From: a virus
Lineage: Duplodnaviria > Caudoviricetes
Length of the DNA: 56,027 nucleotides
IMG/VR virus record: IMGVR_UViG_3300025154_001007
Location: 1 to 56,027 of that record
Reading direction: 5' to 3' (one strand)
Under the pieces are notes generated by a model. The model was not told the origin of the DNA, made no database searches, and saw only the letters and a list, made by a program, of their open reading frames with translations. Both the position numbers and the translations under genes were made by a program. How positions within the stretch are numbered: the stretch's first letter is position 1; each line of letters opens with the position of its first letter. Below are positions 9,463-17,419 of this stretch, piece by piece.

Positions 9463-9747
9463 TTAATCCTTGATGAACTTCAGTTGGACCTTTTTAATGG
9501 GGAAGGGCTCTTTGGCTTTTTTGGCCTTCTTGATGAACTCGCGCTCGGCGTAGTTGGGAGCGCCTACGGTGAAGAGGATTTCAGCGATACGGCTACGCTT
9601 ATCAATCTTGCTCTTGAATCGCTTCCTGGTAGCTTTGACCGTCAGTTTGGGACTGATATACTTCGTCGCCTTGACCGCGCCGTGATACAGAATGCACTCC
9701 GATAGTTCCTTAAAAACCATGCTTTGACCTAAAAAGTCTTGCGCCAT
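9463..9747 (-). CDS. Basic hypothetical protein, paralog of 22460..22750
   Basis: Shares GAVKATKY.SPKL..KATRKR and FTVGAPN.AEREFIK. Confidence 0.75.
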   Translation of the reverse strand: MAQDFLGQSMVFKELSECILYHGAVKATKYISPKLTVKATRKRFKSKIDKRSRIAEILFTVGAPNYAEREFIKKAKKAKEPFPIKKVQLKFIKD

Positions 9748-9749
9748 AA

Positions 9750-10085
9750 CTACCCCTCCTTGTTCGACTCGATAAACTCGTTGATTTTCAGGCGCATATC
9801 TTTGACGGTCATTGAGTCCGTAAACTCAAGACCGATGCCTTTGCCGAAGTCGATAAGCTCTGCGCTGTTCATGGTAGATGGATACTTTTTGGCCTTGGGC
9901 TTTACAGGCTCTGCTTTTTCAGTCCCGGTTCCATCGTCCAGGGCTTCCCACATTTTACTGGTCCGCGGATCGTCAAAGGCGGGAGAATCGTACCAGCCTT
10001 TGGTGATAACCTCTCCCTTCTCGAAAATCTTGGCCGCTTCGGTCTTGCTGTACATCCATCTCCGGTTATCGTTGTAAGCTGCCAT
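9750..10085 (-). CDS. Capsid-operon protein with C-terminal HeH/Rho-N-like motif
   Basis: GWYDSP motif; MNSAELIDFGKGIGL...MTVKDM. Confidence 0.6.
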   Translation of the reverse strand: MAAYNDNRRWMYSKTEAAKIFEKGEVITKGWYDSPAFDDPRTSKMWEALDDGTGTEKAEPVKPKAKKYPSTMNSAELIDFGKGIGLEFTDSMTVKDMRLKINEFIESNKEG

Positions 10086-11371
10086 TAAACCCCCTTATGT
10101 CGCTCCCGGTGCCCATTCATGAGCCTGTCAATGTATTTGTAGTTGACGCCCTTTATGGTAGGCCGAAAGCGGTTCGTGCGTTCGATTGTTCTAGTCTTGG
10201 TTTCTGGTAGGATCAGGTCCATGCTTTCGCAAAGGTCGTAAATGCCAGTTCCTGGAATTGGGGTAAAATAGAACGGGCTCGGATGCTCTGGGTTGATTTT
10301 CTCAATCATGTTAATGGTTGCAAGGGCCTCGTCTTCGGTTTCGGTCGGAAGGCCGAGCATGTAAGTCCCGAATACTTTTATGCCGTTGGCCTTGCAGATT
10401 CTTGCCGCCTCAATGTTCTGCTCTACGGTCGTACCTTTTTTGATGAGGTCCAGAATCCGCTGGCTTCCGCTTTCAAGGCCGATCACGAACCAGGTAACGC
10501 CGATGCTTGCCAAGCGCTCAATCATGCCAGGGTTGCGGCATATGATATCGGCTCGGCTACAAGCGACAATCGGGGTCCCGATCCTGGCCTTCTCGTACAG
10601 GTCGCAAAACTCCTCAATCCACTTTACTCTGAACGTGAAGGTATCGTCCCAAAAGGTAATACTCTTATAGTGAAACCTTCCTTTGAGGTAGGACAGCTCG
10701 GCCACTACGTTTTCTGGGCTTCGCAGTCGATACGGATTGCCGAAAACAGCGTTTTCTGCGGGCTGGCAATACGAGCAGGAAAACGGACAGCCACGGCCCG
10801 CCAGCATGGTAACCGACGGCAGGGCTTGATCCGGCGTGAAGTTGCAGGACAACTCCCGCTTGTAGTCAAATAGTTCACGGTCTACCCATGGGATAGCGCC
10901 AAGGTCCGGTTTGGCTCCACGGTATATTTTGGGAAGTTCTTGACCGGCCTCGATCATCTTTAACAGGTCAACGAAAGCTATTTCACCTTCGCCTTGAACT
11001 ACCGAGTCGATAGCGGCAAAGTCGTACTGGCCAGGGAAGATTGAAGGATGGATTCCACCGACTATGATCTTACAGTTCGGCACGGTTCTTTTCAGGACAA
11101 GCACGGCACGCATGCAGTGCCAATGGTCAACGGCTGATACCGATATGCCGTAAACATCGGCGGGATTGGCCTTGACCTTGGCTTCGAATTGCGACCAATC
11201 GGAAAGATGACGAAGGTCAATCAGGTCAACGTCATAGCCTGCGGCTTTGGCCGCTGCTCCTACCGAGGCGCATCCGTGGCCGATCCAAGAGCCTTCGCGG
11301 TCTCCATAGGGCCTGTCTGCGTTCATTCCAGCGACACCAACATGACAAAAAATCAGGGTTACTCGCATCAA
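10085..11371 (-). CDS. B12-binding radical SAM enzyme (class B methyltransferase-like)
   Basis: IIVGGIHPS, GEGE, RGCPFSCSYC, DDTF, GLESGSQRIL, MLGLPTET, FTPIPGT. Confidence 0.95.
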   Translation of the reverse strand: MMRVTLIFCHVGVAGMNADRPYGDREGSWIGHGCASVGAAAKAAGYDVDLIDLRHLSDWSQFEAKVKANPADVYGISVSAVDHWHCMRAVLVLKRTVPNCKIIVGGIHPSIFPGQYDFAAIDSVVQGEGEIAFVDLLKMIEAGQELPKIYRGAKPDLGAIPWVDRELFDYKRELSCNFTPDQALPSVTMLAGRGCPFSCSYCQPAENAVFGNPYRLRSPENVVAELSYLKGRFHYKSITFWDDTFTFRVKWIEEFCDLYEKARIGTPIVACSRADIICRNPGMIERLASIGVTWFVIGLESGSQRILDLIKKGTTVEQNIEAARICKANGIKVFGTYMLGLPTETEDEALATINMIEKINPEHPSPFYFTPIPGTGIYDLCESMDLILPETKTRTIERTNRFRPTIKGVNYKYIDRLMNGHRERHKGV

Positions 11372-12291
11372 GCCCCCTTCTCGAATTTGGCGTTGATGTC
11401 TTTCACTTTCTGAAGATTGTTCGACATTTCCGACAACATTCTTTCGGTGTCTTCTTCGGTTGCGCCTACACTGGCTTCGATTGCAGCCTTTGCAGATGCC
11501 GCCAAGAGGTGGTCCTGGAAGTTTCCTTTCCAGGCCTTGATTCCGTAGTGCTCGATTTCAATATTCGGCTCACACCAGATAGCGCCTCCCATCTCCTTAA
11601 AGCGCTGCTGGAAATACACATCTTCCCCGATGCGATTGCCGCCGACCTTTCCGCCAGACTGAAGCCTCATAACAAGGGCCACAAGTTCGTCATGGCTAAA
11701 GCCTTCTATTTTATCTTTAGGCATGTGCTTGTGTTCTGTTTCGATTGAACACTTGAACGCCTCAAGGATCTCTTCCTTTGATTGCGGGTCAACGTACGAA
11801 TCAAGATTTGGGCGCGTTCGCTCGAATGCTTCGCGGCTGTATATGACGAAACCGCCAGGGGCGACTTCCATTTCAATCAGGCGGCTACCATGGATTTCTT
11901 TGCCCATGACATACCCGTCTTCAGAGCGTTTTTCGATCCCTCCGAAAAAGTCCCACATGTTTTTGCACGGGTACAATCCACAGACCATTTCACAGCCTGG
12001 AATCATGGCGGCCTTGACGAGTCTGCCGAAGCCTGAAACGTCCCACGCTTCATCTGAATCTATAATCATTATGTGGGTATGGTTGCTTTTTAGGAACTCA
12101 TGGACCAATGCGTTTTTGGCGCGGTCAACGTATGAATCCCCGCTAATTTGCTGGTACGACCAATTCAACCCGGCCTGATTAAGCAGCCTGATAGAATTCA
12201 CAAGGCTTGTGACGTATGGGCTATACGCACGCACCTCATAAAATGCAGAACTGATCAGTATGCTGAACTTCTTCTTTTCCATTTTTACCAA
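11368..12291 (-). CDS. GT-A fold glycosyltransferase (GT2/Anp1-like)
   Basis: RAKNALV, IIDSD (DxD), PGGFVI, GEDVYF, IEHYG. Confidence 0.85.
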   Translation of the reverse strand: MVKMEKKKFSILISSAFYEVRAYSPYVTSLVNSIRLLNQAGLNWSYQQISGDSYVDRAKNALVHEFLKSNHTHIMIIDSDEAWDVSGFGRLVKAAMIPGCEMVCGLYPCKNMWDFFGGIEKRSEDGYVMGKEIHGSRLIEMEVAPGGFVIYSREAFERTRPNLDSYVDPQSKEEILEAFKCSIETEHKHMPKDKIEGFSHDELVALVMRLQSGGKVGGNRIGEDVYFQQRFKEMGGAIWCEPNIEIEHYGIKAWKGNFQDHLLAASAKAAIEASVGATEEDTERMLSEMSNNLQKVKDINAKFEKGA

Positions 12292-12312
12292 CCCCTCCCA
12301 GTATGTTGTTTA

Positions 12313-12332
12313 ATGGGGGCCGGAGCCCCCAT
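12313..12332 (-). terminator. GC-rich hairpin after the small capsid-associated gene
   Basis: ATGGGGGC/GCCCCCAT inverted repeat; no good U tract. Confidence 0.4.
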
Positions 12333-12338
12333 GTTGTA

Positions 12339-12593
12339 CTAAGCACCAAGCCCCAAATTTGCAGCCAGCTTCAGAAGTTCATCAACGGCGATGATTAGTT
12401 GGTTGGCCTGGGTGCTGGTAGAAAAGCCCCATTTTGTTGTGGTGGTGGAAATTGCAACGGTCGTTGCGATGGTGGTAACTGTGAGCGACTGTTGAACTGT
12501 GGGGGTGGCCCCGAAAAAAGCGATTTTCTCGCTTGAAGTAAGGCCGAGACACGCGCCGTCCGGCTGATTGGTGCCGATATATTCTACTGACAT
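12339..12593 (-). CDS. Putative capsid decoration/head fibre protein, Thr-rich
   Basis: PDG..LG....KIAFFGATP..Q motif typical of genes after P22-like coats; TVTTIATTVAISTTTT tract. Confidence 0.65.
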   Translation of the reverse strand: MSVEYIGTNQPDGACLGLTSSEKIAFFGATPTVQQSLTVTTIATTVAISTTTTKWGFSTSTQANQLIIAVDELLKLAANLGLGA

Positions 12594-12687
12594 GATTTTA
12601 TCTCCTTTTTAAACGTTATTTACTTAACCCCGAACACATGATACTGTTTTCTTTAAAGTGAAATAAACCTAATTTGGAGATCGCAAA

Positions 12688-13338
12688 ATGAAACCAAAAA
12701 ATAACCTTGATAGATGGGAAACAGGACTTGTTAGTATTGGCGACAGGTACGGCAGGTACACCGTGCTGTCTACGTACCGACAAGCAGAAAAACCATATAG
12801 ATATATGGCGCTTTGCCGATGCGATTGCGGGAAAGACCCTTCTTTCGTTCGCGTAGACCATCTCAGAAGCGGGCACACACAAAGCTGTGGATGCTTTCAT
12901 ATAGAACAAATTACAACACATGGGGAATGGAGGAACCCGCTTTTTAATGTGTGGCGCGGCATAATGTCTCGTTGCTACAATCCTTTCGACAAAAGATTCT
13001 CCCGGTATGGCGGCAGGGGCATATCTGTTTGCAGTGAATGGCACAGCGTTAATGCCTTTATAGATGACATGGCCGAAGGATATTCCCCAGAACTCCAGAT
13101 AGACCGAACTAACAACGACGGAAATTATGAAAAAAGCAATTGCCGATGGGCTACGAGAAGCCAGCAGTCTATCAATAGGAGCGACAGAAAGCGCTACGAA
13201 TACAATGGAGAGTCGCTCACTCTCTCCGAATGGTCTAAGAAGGTCGGAATAGACACGAAAGTGCTTTGGGACCGCATAAACAGGGGGTGGAGCGCCGAAA
13301 AGGCGCTCGTTACCCCGCTTTTTAAAAAGGTTATTTAA
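12688..13338 (+). CDS. HNH-type homing endonuclease-like protein
   Basis: CRCDCG, SCGC, RYGGRGISVC.EW, IDRTNNDGNYEKSNCRWAT; IDR without the catalytic His is a known variant. Confidence 0.85.
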   Translation: MKPKNNLDRWETGLVSIGDRYGRYTVLSTYRQAEKPYRYMALCRCDCGKDPSFVRVDHLRSGHTQSCGCFHIEQITTHGEWRNPLFNVWRGIMSRCYNPFDKRFSRYGGRGISVCSEWHSVNAFIDDMAEGYSPELQIDRTNNDGNYEKSNCRWATRSQQSINRSDRKRYEYNGESLTLSEWSKKVGIDTKVLWDRINRGWSAEKALVTPLFKKVI

Positions 13339-13354
13339 TGATTTCAACAACATA

Positions 13355-14566
13355 TCATCCCCAAAGTCTACACGCAAGTTCTGGCCGCTGGGCAAGGAAG
13401 CCGAAGAAAATGTCGATACGGCACGGATAATTGGCGTTGTTGATGTCGTACTGCCGCAAAATCCGCATGTTGATCCCGTCCACGGCCATCTGAGACTTGA
13501 AAGAAACGTCTGCTGGCATTTCCAGGTTCGCGGTGGCGAAAGTGAACGCCTCTGGATGGAAGACCATGTTCTGTGGATAGACCAGGGAGGCCGTACCGAT
13601 CACGGTGACAGTCGCTTCGCTGACCGGGAAGGCGTCGATGTTCTGAAGCGCTCCGGTGGTGTACATGGCAGGACTTACCGTTACATCGCCCTCTGAGCTG
13701 GCGGCTGCGAAAGCAGCGGTTACGACGAACTGCTGAAGGCTCCCGGTGCTCTGCTTGGTCTGGGGGTTGACAGCGTAGACCCCGGCGACCGTGAAGACAT
13801 CGCCAATGGTCAGGGTCTGGGTGGCAGCGCCGAAGCCGTCAAGGTGGATCGTGGTGGAGCCTTGAGTGGCGTTGGTGGCGCTATCGTCGTCAACCAGGAT
13901 CGTTCCGGAACGGGTGCCGCAGGTGTGGTTGGGCACGTTCTGGCTCATGAACCATTCGAACCCGAGGGCGTTGCCCATCTTGCCCTTGAGGTACTGTTTT
14001 TCGAGGGCAGAAGAGGCGTGGAACAGGGTTGACAAACCGGACACCGTGGAGGCTTGAGCAGCCGGGTTGATGACGGCTACGCGGTCGTCTTCGGGGGTGG
14101 CGGTTTCGTTGAGCTTCTGGCCGCCCTGGAGCCAGATGAGGGCCGTGTTGGGCGTGGTGCCGGCGGTGCCGGCGCTGTTGTAAACGGCCTTGTAAGCCTG
14201 CGAAAAGTTGTAGCTATCGACCTGGGATGCCAGCGTTTTGATGGCCGGAGAAATGAACCGCTTGGAAAATTCGTTGATGTCCAGGGCGAGGTCTGCGTCC
14301 GAAAAGTTCATGTCTACGCCGCGAATCTGGCCGATGACCAGAGACACGCTCTGCTCGTCTTGGTCTTGAGCATTGATCGCCCACGTCGAGCGAACGGTGT
14401 ACTGATTGGGAAGGCGCACACGCAGGGTAGACCCACGCTTCTGGCCGCCGAACTCGGTTTCTTTGTCGTGCTGTTTATCGATGTTTTTGGTGAAGGGGAG
14501 CGCGTTGTGCAGAACCCGTTGGGCTTCTGCCGTGATCGCACTAGGTTTTAAAAAACTTGATGCCAT
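13355..14566 (-). CDS. Major capsid protein (P22 gp5 coat family)
   Basis: KRGSTLRVRLP, FSKRFISPA, FHPEAFTFAT, CRIDIFFG...RPELACR. Confidence 0.93.
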   Translation of the reverse strand: MASSFLKPSAITAEAQRVLHNALPFTKNIDKQHDKETEFGGQKRGSTLRVRLPNQYTVRSTWAINAQDQDEQSVSLVIGQIRGVDMNFSDADLALDINEFSKRFISPAIKTLASQVDSYNFSQAYKAVYNSAGTAGTTPNTALIWLQGGQKLNETATPEDDRVAVINPAAQASTVSGLSTLFHASSALEKQYLKGKMGNALGFEWFMSQNVPNHTCGTRSGTILVDDDSATNATQGSTTIHLDGFGAATQTLTIGDVFTVAGVYAVNPQTKQSTGSLQQFVVTAAFAAASSEGDVTVSPAMYTTGALQNIDAFPVSEATVTVIGTASLVYPQNMVFHPEAFTFATANLEMPADVSFKSQMAVDGINMRILRQYDINNANYPCRIDIFFGFLAQRPELACRLWG

Positions 14567-14648
14567 GTTACATTTCCTTTCGTTTTACTCTTGACTTCCT
14601 ATACCGTTTGCGATTACTTCATCTAAACTCAAACGATTGGAAGGATTC

Positions 14649-15275
14649 ATGATTAGCTTCAAATTTGATGGTATCGATTATCGTTTTTACGACCACCTTT
14701 ACGCCGTCTCTGCGTCCGGCAAGTTTCTCAGAAACCTTAAACCATACGCTCCTACTATGCGCCCTGACGGGTATCTCTCTGTTGGTAGGGTAAGACTTGC
14801 GCACAGAGTGGTAGCTACGTGCTGGGTTGATAATCCGTGTGAAGCAAAGCACGTTCACCATAAAAACGGAGATAAAGCCGATAACCGCGCCGAAAACCTT
14901 GAGTGGATTACGCCTAAAGAACATTTCAGCGCAAAACACAAGTCTGCGTTGGGGCATAAGGTTCCCGACTGGCTTAAAGAAAAGCTGAGACAATTGCGCA
15001 CTGGTTCTAAGTTGAGCGAAGAAACCAAACGCAAGATGAGCGAAACACAAAAACGCATCGGGAACAGACCGCCCCCGAGAAAGAAGGGCGATAAGGCACC
15101 AGCAAGCGCAATCCTTAAGATGATTGAACGCAATCCAATGAACAGAGCTTGCGAGGTGTTTGGCGTTCGCTACCGATCCTTTGCCGAAGCCGGAAGGGCT
15201 TTGGGTGAAAGATCTCTTAGTTTGCGTAAGCGCTGCTTGTCTCATAATTTCCCAGACTACAAGCTGGTTGAATAG
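14649..15275 (+). CDS. HNH homing endonuclease with NUMOD3-like repeats
   Basis: HRVVA...VHHKNGDKADNRAENLEW; SEETKRKMSE; GGAAGG RBS before ATG 14649. Confidence 0.9.
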   Translation: MISFKFDGIDYRFYDHLYAVSASGKFLRNLKPYAPTMRPDGYLSVGRVRLAHRVVATCWVDNPCEAKHVHHKNGDKADNRAENLEWITPKEHFSAKHKSALGHKVPDWLKEKLRQLRTGSKLSEETKRKMSETQKRIGNRPPPRKKGDKAPASAILKMIERNPMNRACEVFGVRYRSFAEAGRALGERSLSLRKRCLSHNFPDYKLVE

Positions 15276-16139
15276 TTATAGCTTGCCCGCATTCCGCGCA
15301 GCAATCCACGCCGTAGGGTCTTTCTCCGGGTCAATCTCAGGGATAACTTCAGACTTTCCAGGGTTGGGATTGATAGGCGGCGGGGCCTTTGTGGTTTTCT
15401 TTTCAGTGAGTTTTAGCCGTTCTTCAATTTTACCGATCTCGCGTGCCATGGCCCATGGATTGAGCTTAGAGATTCTTTCGGCTTCCTGGATGTTTTTCCC
15501 GAGATGGTAGATAACGTCTGAGCCGTTATCTGAGTCCACGATGACCGCTGCCATTTGGAAGGTCAGGATTTGACTAGGAATGGATTGAACCACCTCGTCA
15601 AAATCCTTGTACTTTCCCTTGCCGGTTTCGATTGTGGCCTTGCGTTTCTCGTCGAAGGTTTGCTGTTCCTTTTTAACATCGTTCGCCTTTTCGGCCTGCT
15701 TTTTGGCCTCTTCTTCTTGTTGGCGTTTGGCGAAGGCTTCAGCTTCCTTCTTTTCGAGCTTCCAATCGGTCAGGGCATCAACGTAGTCTTCGTAGGTCTG
15801 GAAATCACCGACAACGGGCTTGGGTTTGGAGAAGTTGACCGGAGGCAGTTCGGCCTGTTTCGGCTTGCGGACTTCTGCGAGCTCGGCTTCGAGTTTGGCG
15901 GCGCGTTCTTTTTCCGCTTCGATCTTGGCTTCGGCTTCGTACCGCTTGCGGGTGAGTTCGTCGAACCGCTTTTTGTACCAGGGCTTTTTCTCGGTTTGCT
16001 CTTGCTCTGCTCGTTCCTGGGCTTCGAGCTCCTCCTGATTAGGAGTGACGGCTTCTTGGCCGTTTTGTGCGGTGGACTGGTCCGCTGGTGTGGCGTCCGG
16101 TGCGGCTGCTGTTGCCTGATCGTGGGTTTCTTCTGACAT
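15276..16139 (-). CDS. Scaffolding protein
   Basis: E/K-rich coiled coil, KRFDELT, KYKDFDEV, YHLGKN..EAERI, TKAPPPI; precedes coat; AGGAG RBS. Confidence 0.85.
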   Translation of the reverse strand: MSEETHDQATAAAPDATPADQSTAQNGQEAVTPNQEELEAQERAEQEQTEKKPWYKKRFDELTRKRYEAEAKIEAEKERAAKLEAELAEVRKPKQAELPPVNFSKPKPVVGDFQTYEDYVDALTDWKLEKKEAEAFAKRQQEEEAKKQAEKANDVKKEQQTFDEKRKATIETGKGKYKDFDEVVQSIPSQILTFQMAAVIVDSDNGSDVIYHLGKNIQEAERISKLNPWAMAREIGKIEERLKLTEKKTTKAPPPINPNPGKSEVIPEIDPEKDPTAWIAARNAGKL

Positions 16140-16195
16140 TTGATTCTCCTGCCCCGCTGTTGCGGTAAGTTCTGACCCGGTTTCCCGGTAAGTTG

Positions 16196-16255
16196 AAAAC
16201 AAAAAGGGCTGCCCCTGGATTTCTCCAGAAGCAGCCCCTAAATGGTGGTCTTGCT
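16196..16255 (-). terminator. Intrinsic terminator preceded by AGCAAGACCACCA motif
   Basis: GGGCTGC/GCAGCCC stem + TTTTTGTTTT on - strand. Confidence 0.7.
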
Positions 16256-16274
16256 ATTTAAGCTATGTTAGTTG

Positions 16275-16625
16275 TTACCCAAAAATACTGTTGTATAGCC
16301 CCCCAAAATGGCTGTAGCCGTTTGCCTGTCCCATCTGCCCCGAAACATTTGACTGACGAGCGGCATCGTTATAAACCCTCATCTGCTTTTCATAAGCATC
16401 GTTAATGCCGTCTTTCGCCAACTTTGAAAGCGCGGCGGCATGCCCCGCCTTATACCCTTCCTGGTAAATCTTGTTGAACTGCTCGGTGCTGACGGTTTCG
16501 ACCTGAGGCAAGTTCTCATCGTTGCCTGATTGAATGCGCCTTACCATCTGAACAGCTTCGGCGTTAGAAAAGCCTCTGGCCTCTAACGCTTCGATTGTTT
16601 TTTCTATGATGGCTTTGTTTGACAT
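16275..16625 (-). CDS. Hypothetical protein
   Basis: ORF track; ATG just after upstream stop; YQEGYKAG motif. Confidence 0.55.
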   Translation of the reverse strand: MSNKAIIEKTIEALEARGFSNAEAVQMVRRIQSGNDENLPQVETVSTEQFNKIYQEGYKAGHAAALSKLAKDGINDAYEKQMRVYNDAARQSNVSGQMGQANGYSHFGGLYNSIFG

Positions 16626-16626
16626 A

Positions 16627-16863
16627 CTACTTGGCTTGATATCTCCTGAAAACAATCTTATCCCCGCAAGGGGTAAGTTTCGTGAGGTCTTTCGGCACCA
16701 GCTTTGTTTTTCTCGGAACGCGAAACCTTAAAACATCAAACGTCTTGTCTTTCCAGCTCGTGCATACCTCATCGTAATACATGCTTACCAAAAGCGATGG
16801 TCTCGCCAATTCGAGTAGTAGTTTTGTTTTGGCTGCATTATGTATAGTTGAAAAACTACTCAT
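16627..16863 (-). CDS. Hypothetical protein
   Basis: 78 aa; ATGA overlap with upstream gene. Confidence 0.45.
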   Translation of the reverse strand: MSSFSTIHNAAKTKLLLELARPSLLVSMYYDEVCTSWKDKTFDVLRFRVPRKTKLVPKDLTKLTPCGDKIVFRRYQAK

Positions 16864-17027
16864 TTCCGCACCTTAATTGAAACCTCGATCTTAATAAACT
16901 TCAATTCAGGTTCACACATACTTATCCTGTTATACCATATTCCCTTAGATTGCAAGAGTTTTTCCAACTCAGAAGCAATAGCTAACGCTTCGCATGGCTT
17001 CATGGCTCCGGTGATTTCATTCGCCAT
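16860..17027 (-). CDS. Small hypothetical protein
   Basis: MANEITG...IKIEVSIKVRK; GGAG upstream. Confidence 0.5.
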   Translation of the reverse strand: MANEITGAMKPCEALAIASELEKLLQSKGIWYNRISMCEPELKFIKIEVSIKVRK

Positions 17028-17175
17028 CGTTTCCACTCCGCTTGAGTTCAAACCGCTTCGGGTCTTTTCTGATTGAGTCCGCGAGTTGCTTTGATACCAA
17101 GGAGACAGCTTTGCGGTATCTATCCTTGGTTTCCCGGTCCCATCCATCGGTGTTTACTGTGAAGGTTACGAGCAT
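17017..17175 (-). CDS. 52-aa hypothetical protein (not in ORF track)
   Basis: MLVTFTVNTDGWDRETKDRYRKAVSLVSKQLADSIRKDPKRFELKRSGNDGE, translated by hand. Confidence 0.5.
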   Translation of the reverse strand: MLVTFTVNTDGWDRETKDRYRKAVSLVSKQLADSIRKDPKRFELKRSGNDGE

Positions 17176-17194
17176 TAGCGGACCCCCCCATTAT

Positions 17195-17419
17195 TTATGC
17201 TACGGCGAAATGATTTTTCTCTTTAACCTCATAGATTCTAACGCCAAATATTTCGGCCTTTCCGGTTTTGTAATCTGTGATGCAATGGGTTTTCATCTCA
17301 TCGCTTGCTCGCAACTCCCCAAGCTCTTCATACCCGAGGTAGATAGCTTTCGGGCTTTCAAAGTCGTGGGCGTATTTGTACTCGTAAACGGCCTTGTAGA
17401 TTGACTGGTAAATTGTCAT
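17195..17419 (-). CDS. Hypothetical protein
   Basis: ATGA overlap with portal stop. Confidence 0.6.
   Translation of the reverse strand: MTIYQSIYKAVYEYKYAHDFESPKAIYLGYEELGELRASDEMKTHCITDYKTGKAEIFGVRIYEVKEKNHFAVA

Noticed and set aside
12594-15275. Group I introns or inteins around the HNH genes
   Set aside because: Scaffold, coat and decoration genes are each complete and the HNH genes are intergenic and antisense; terL and dnaB are normal length.
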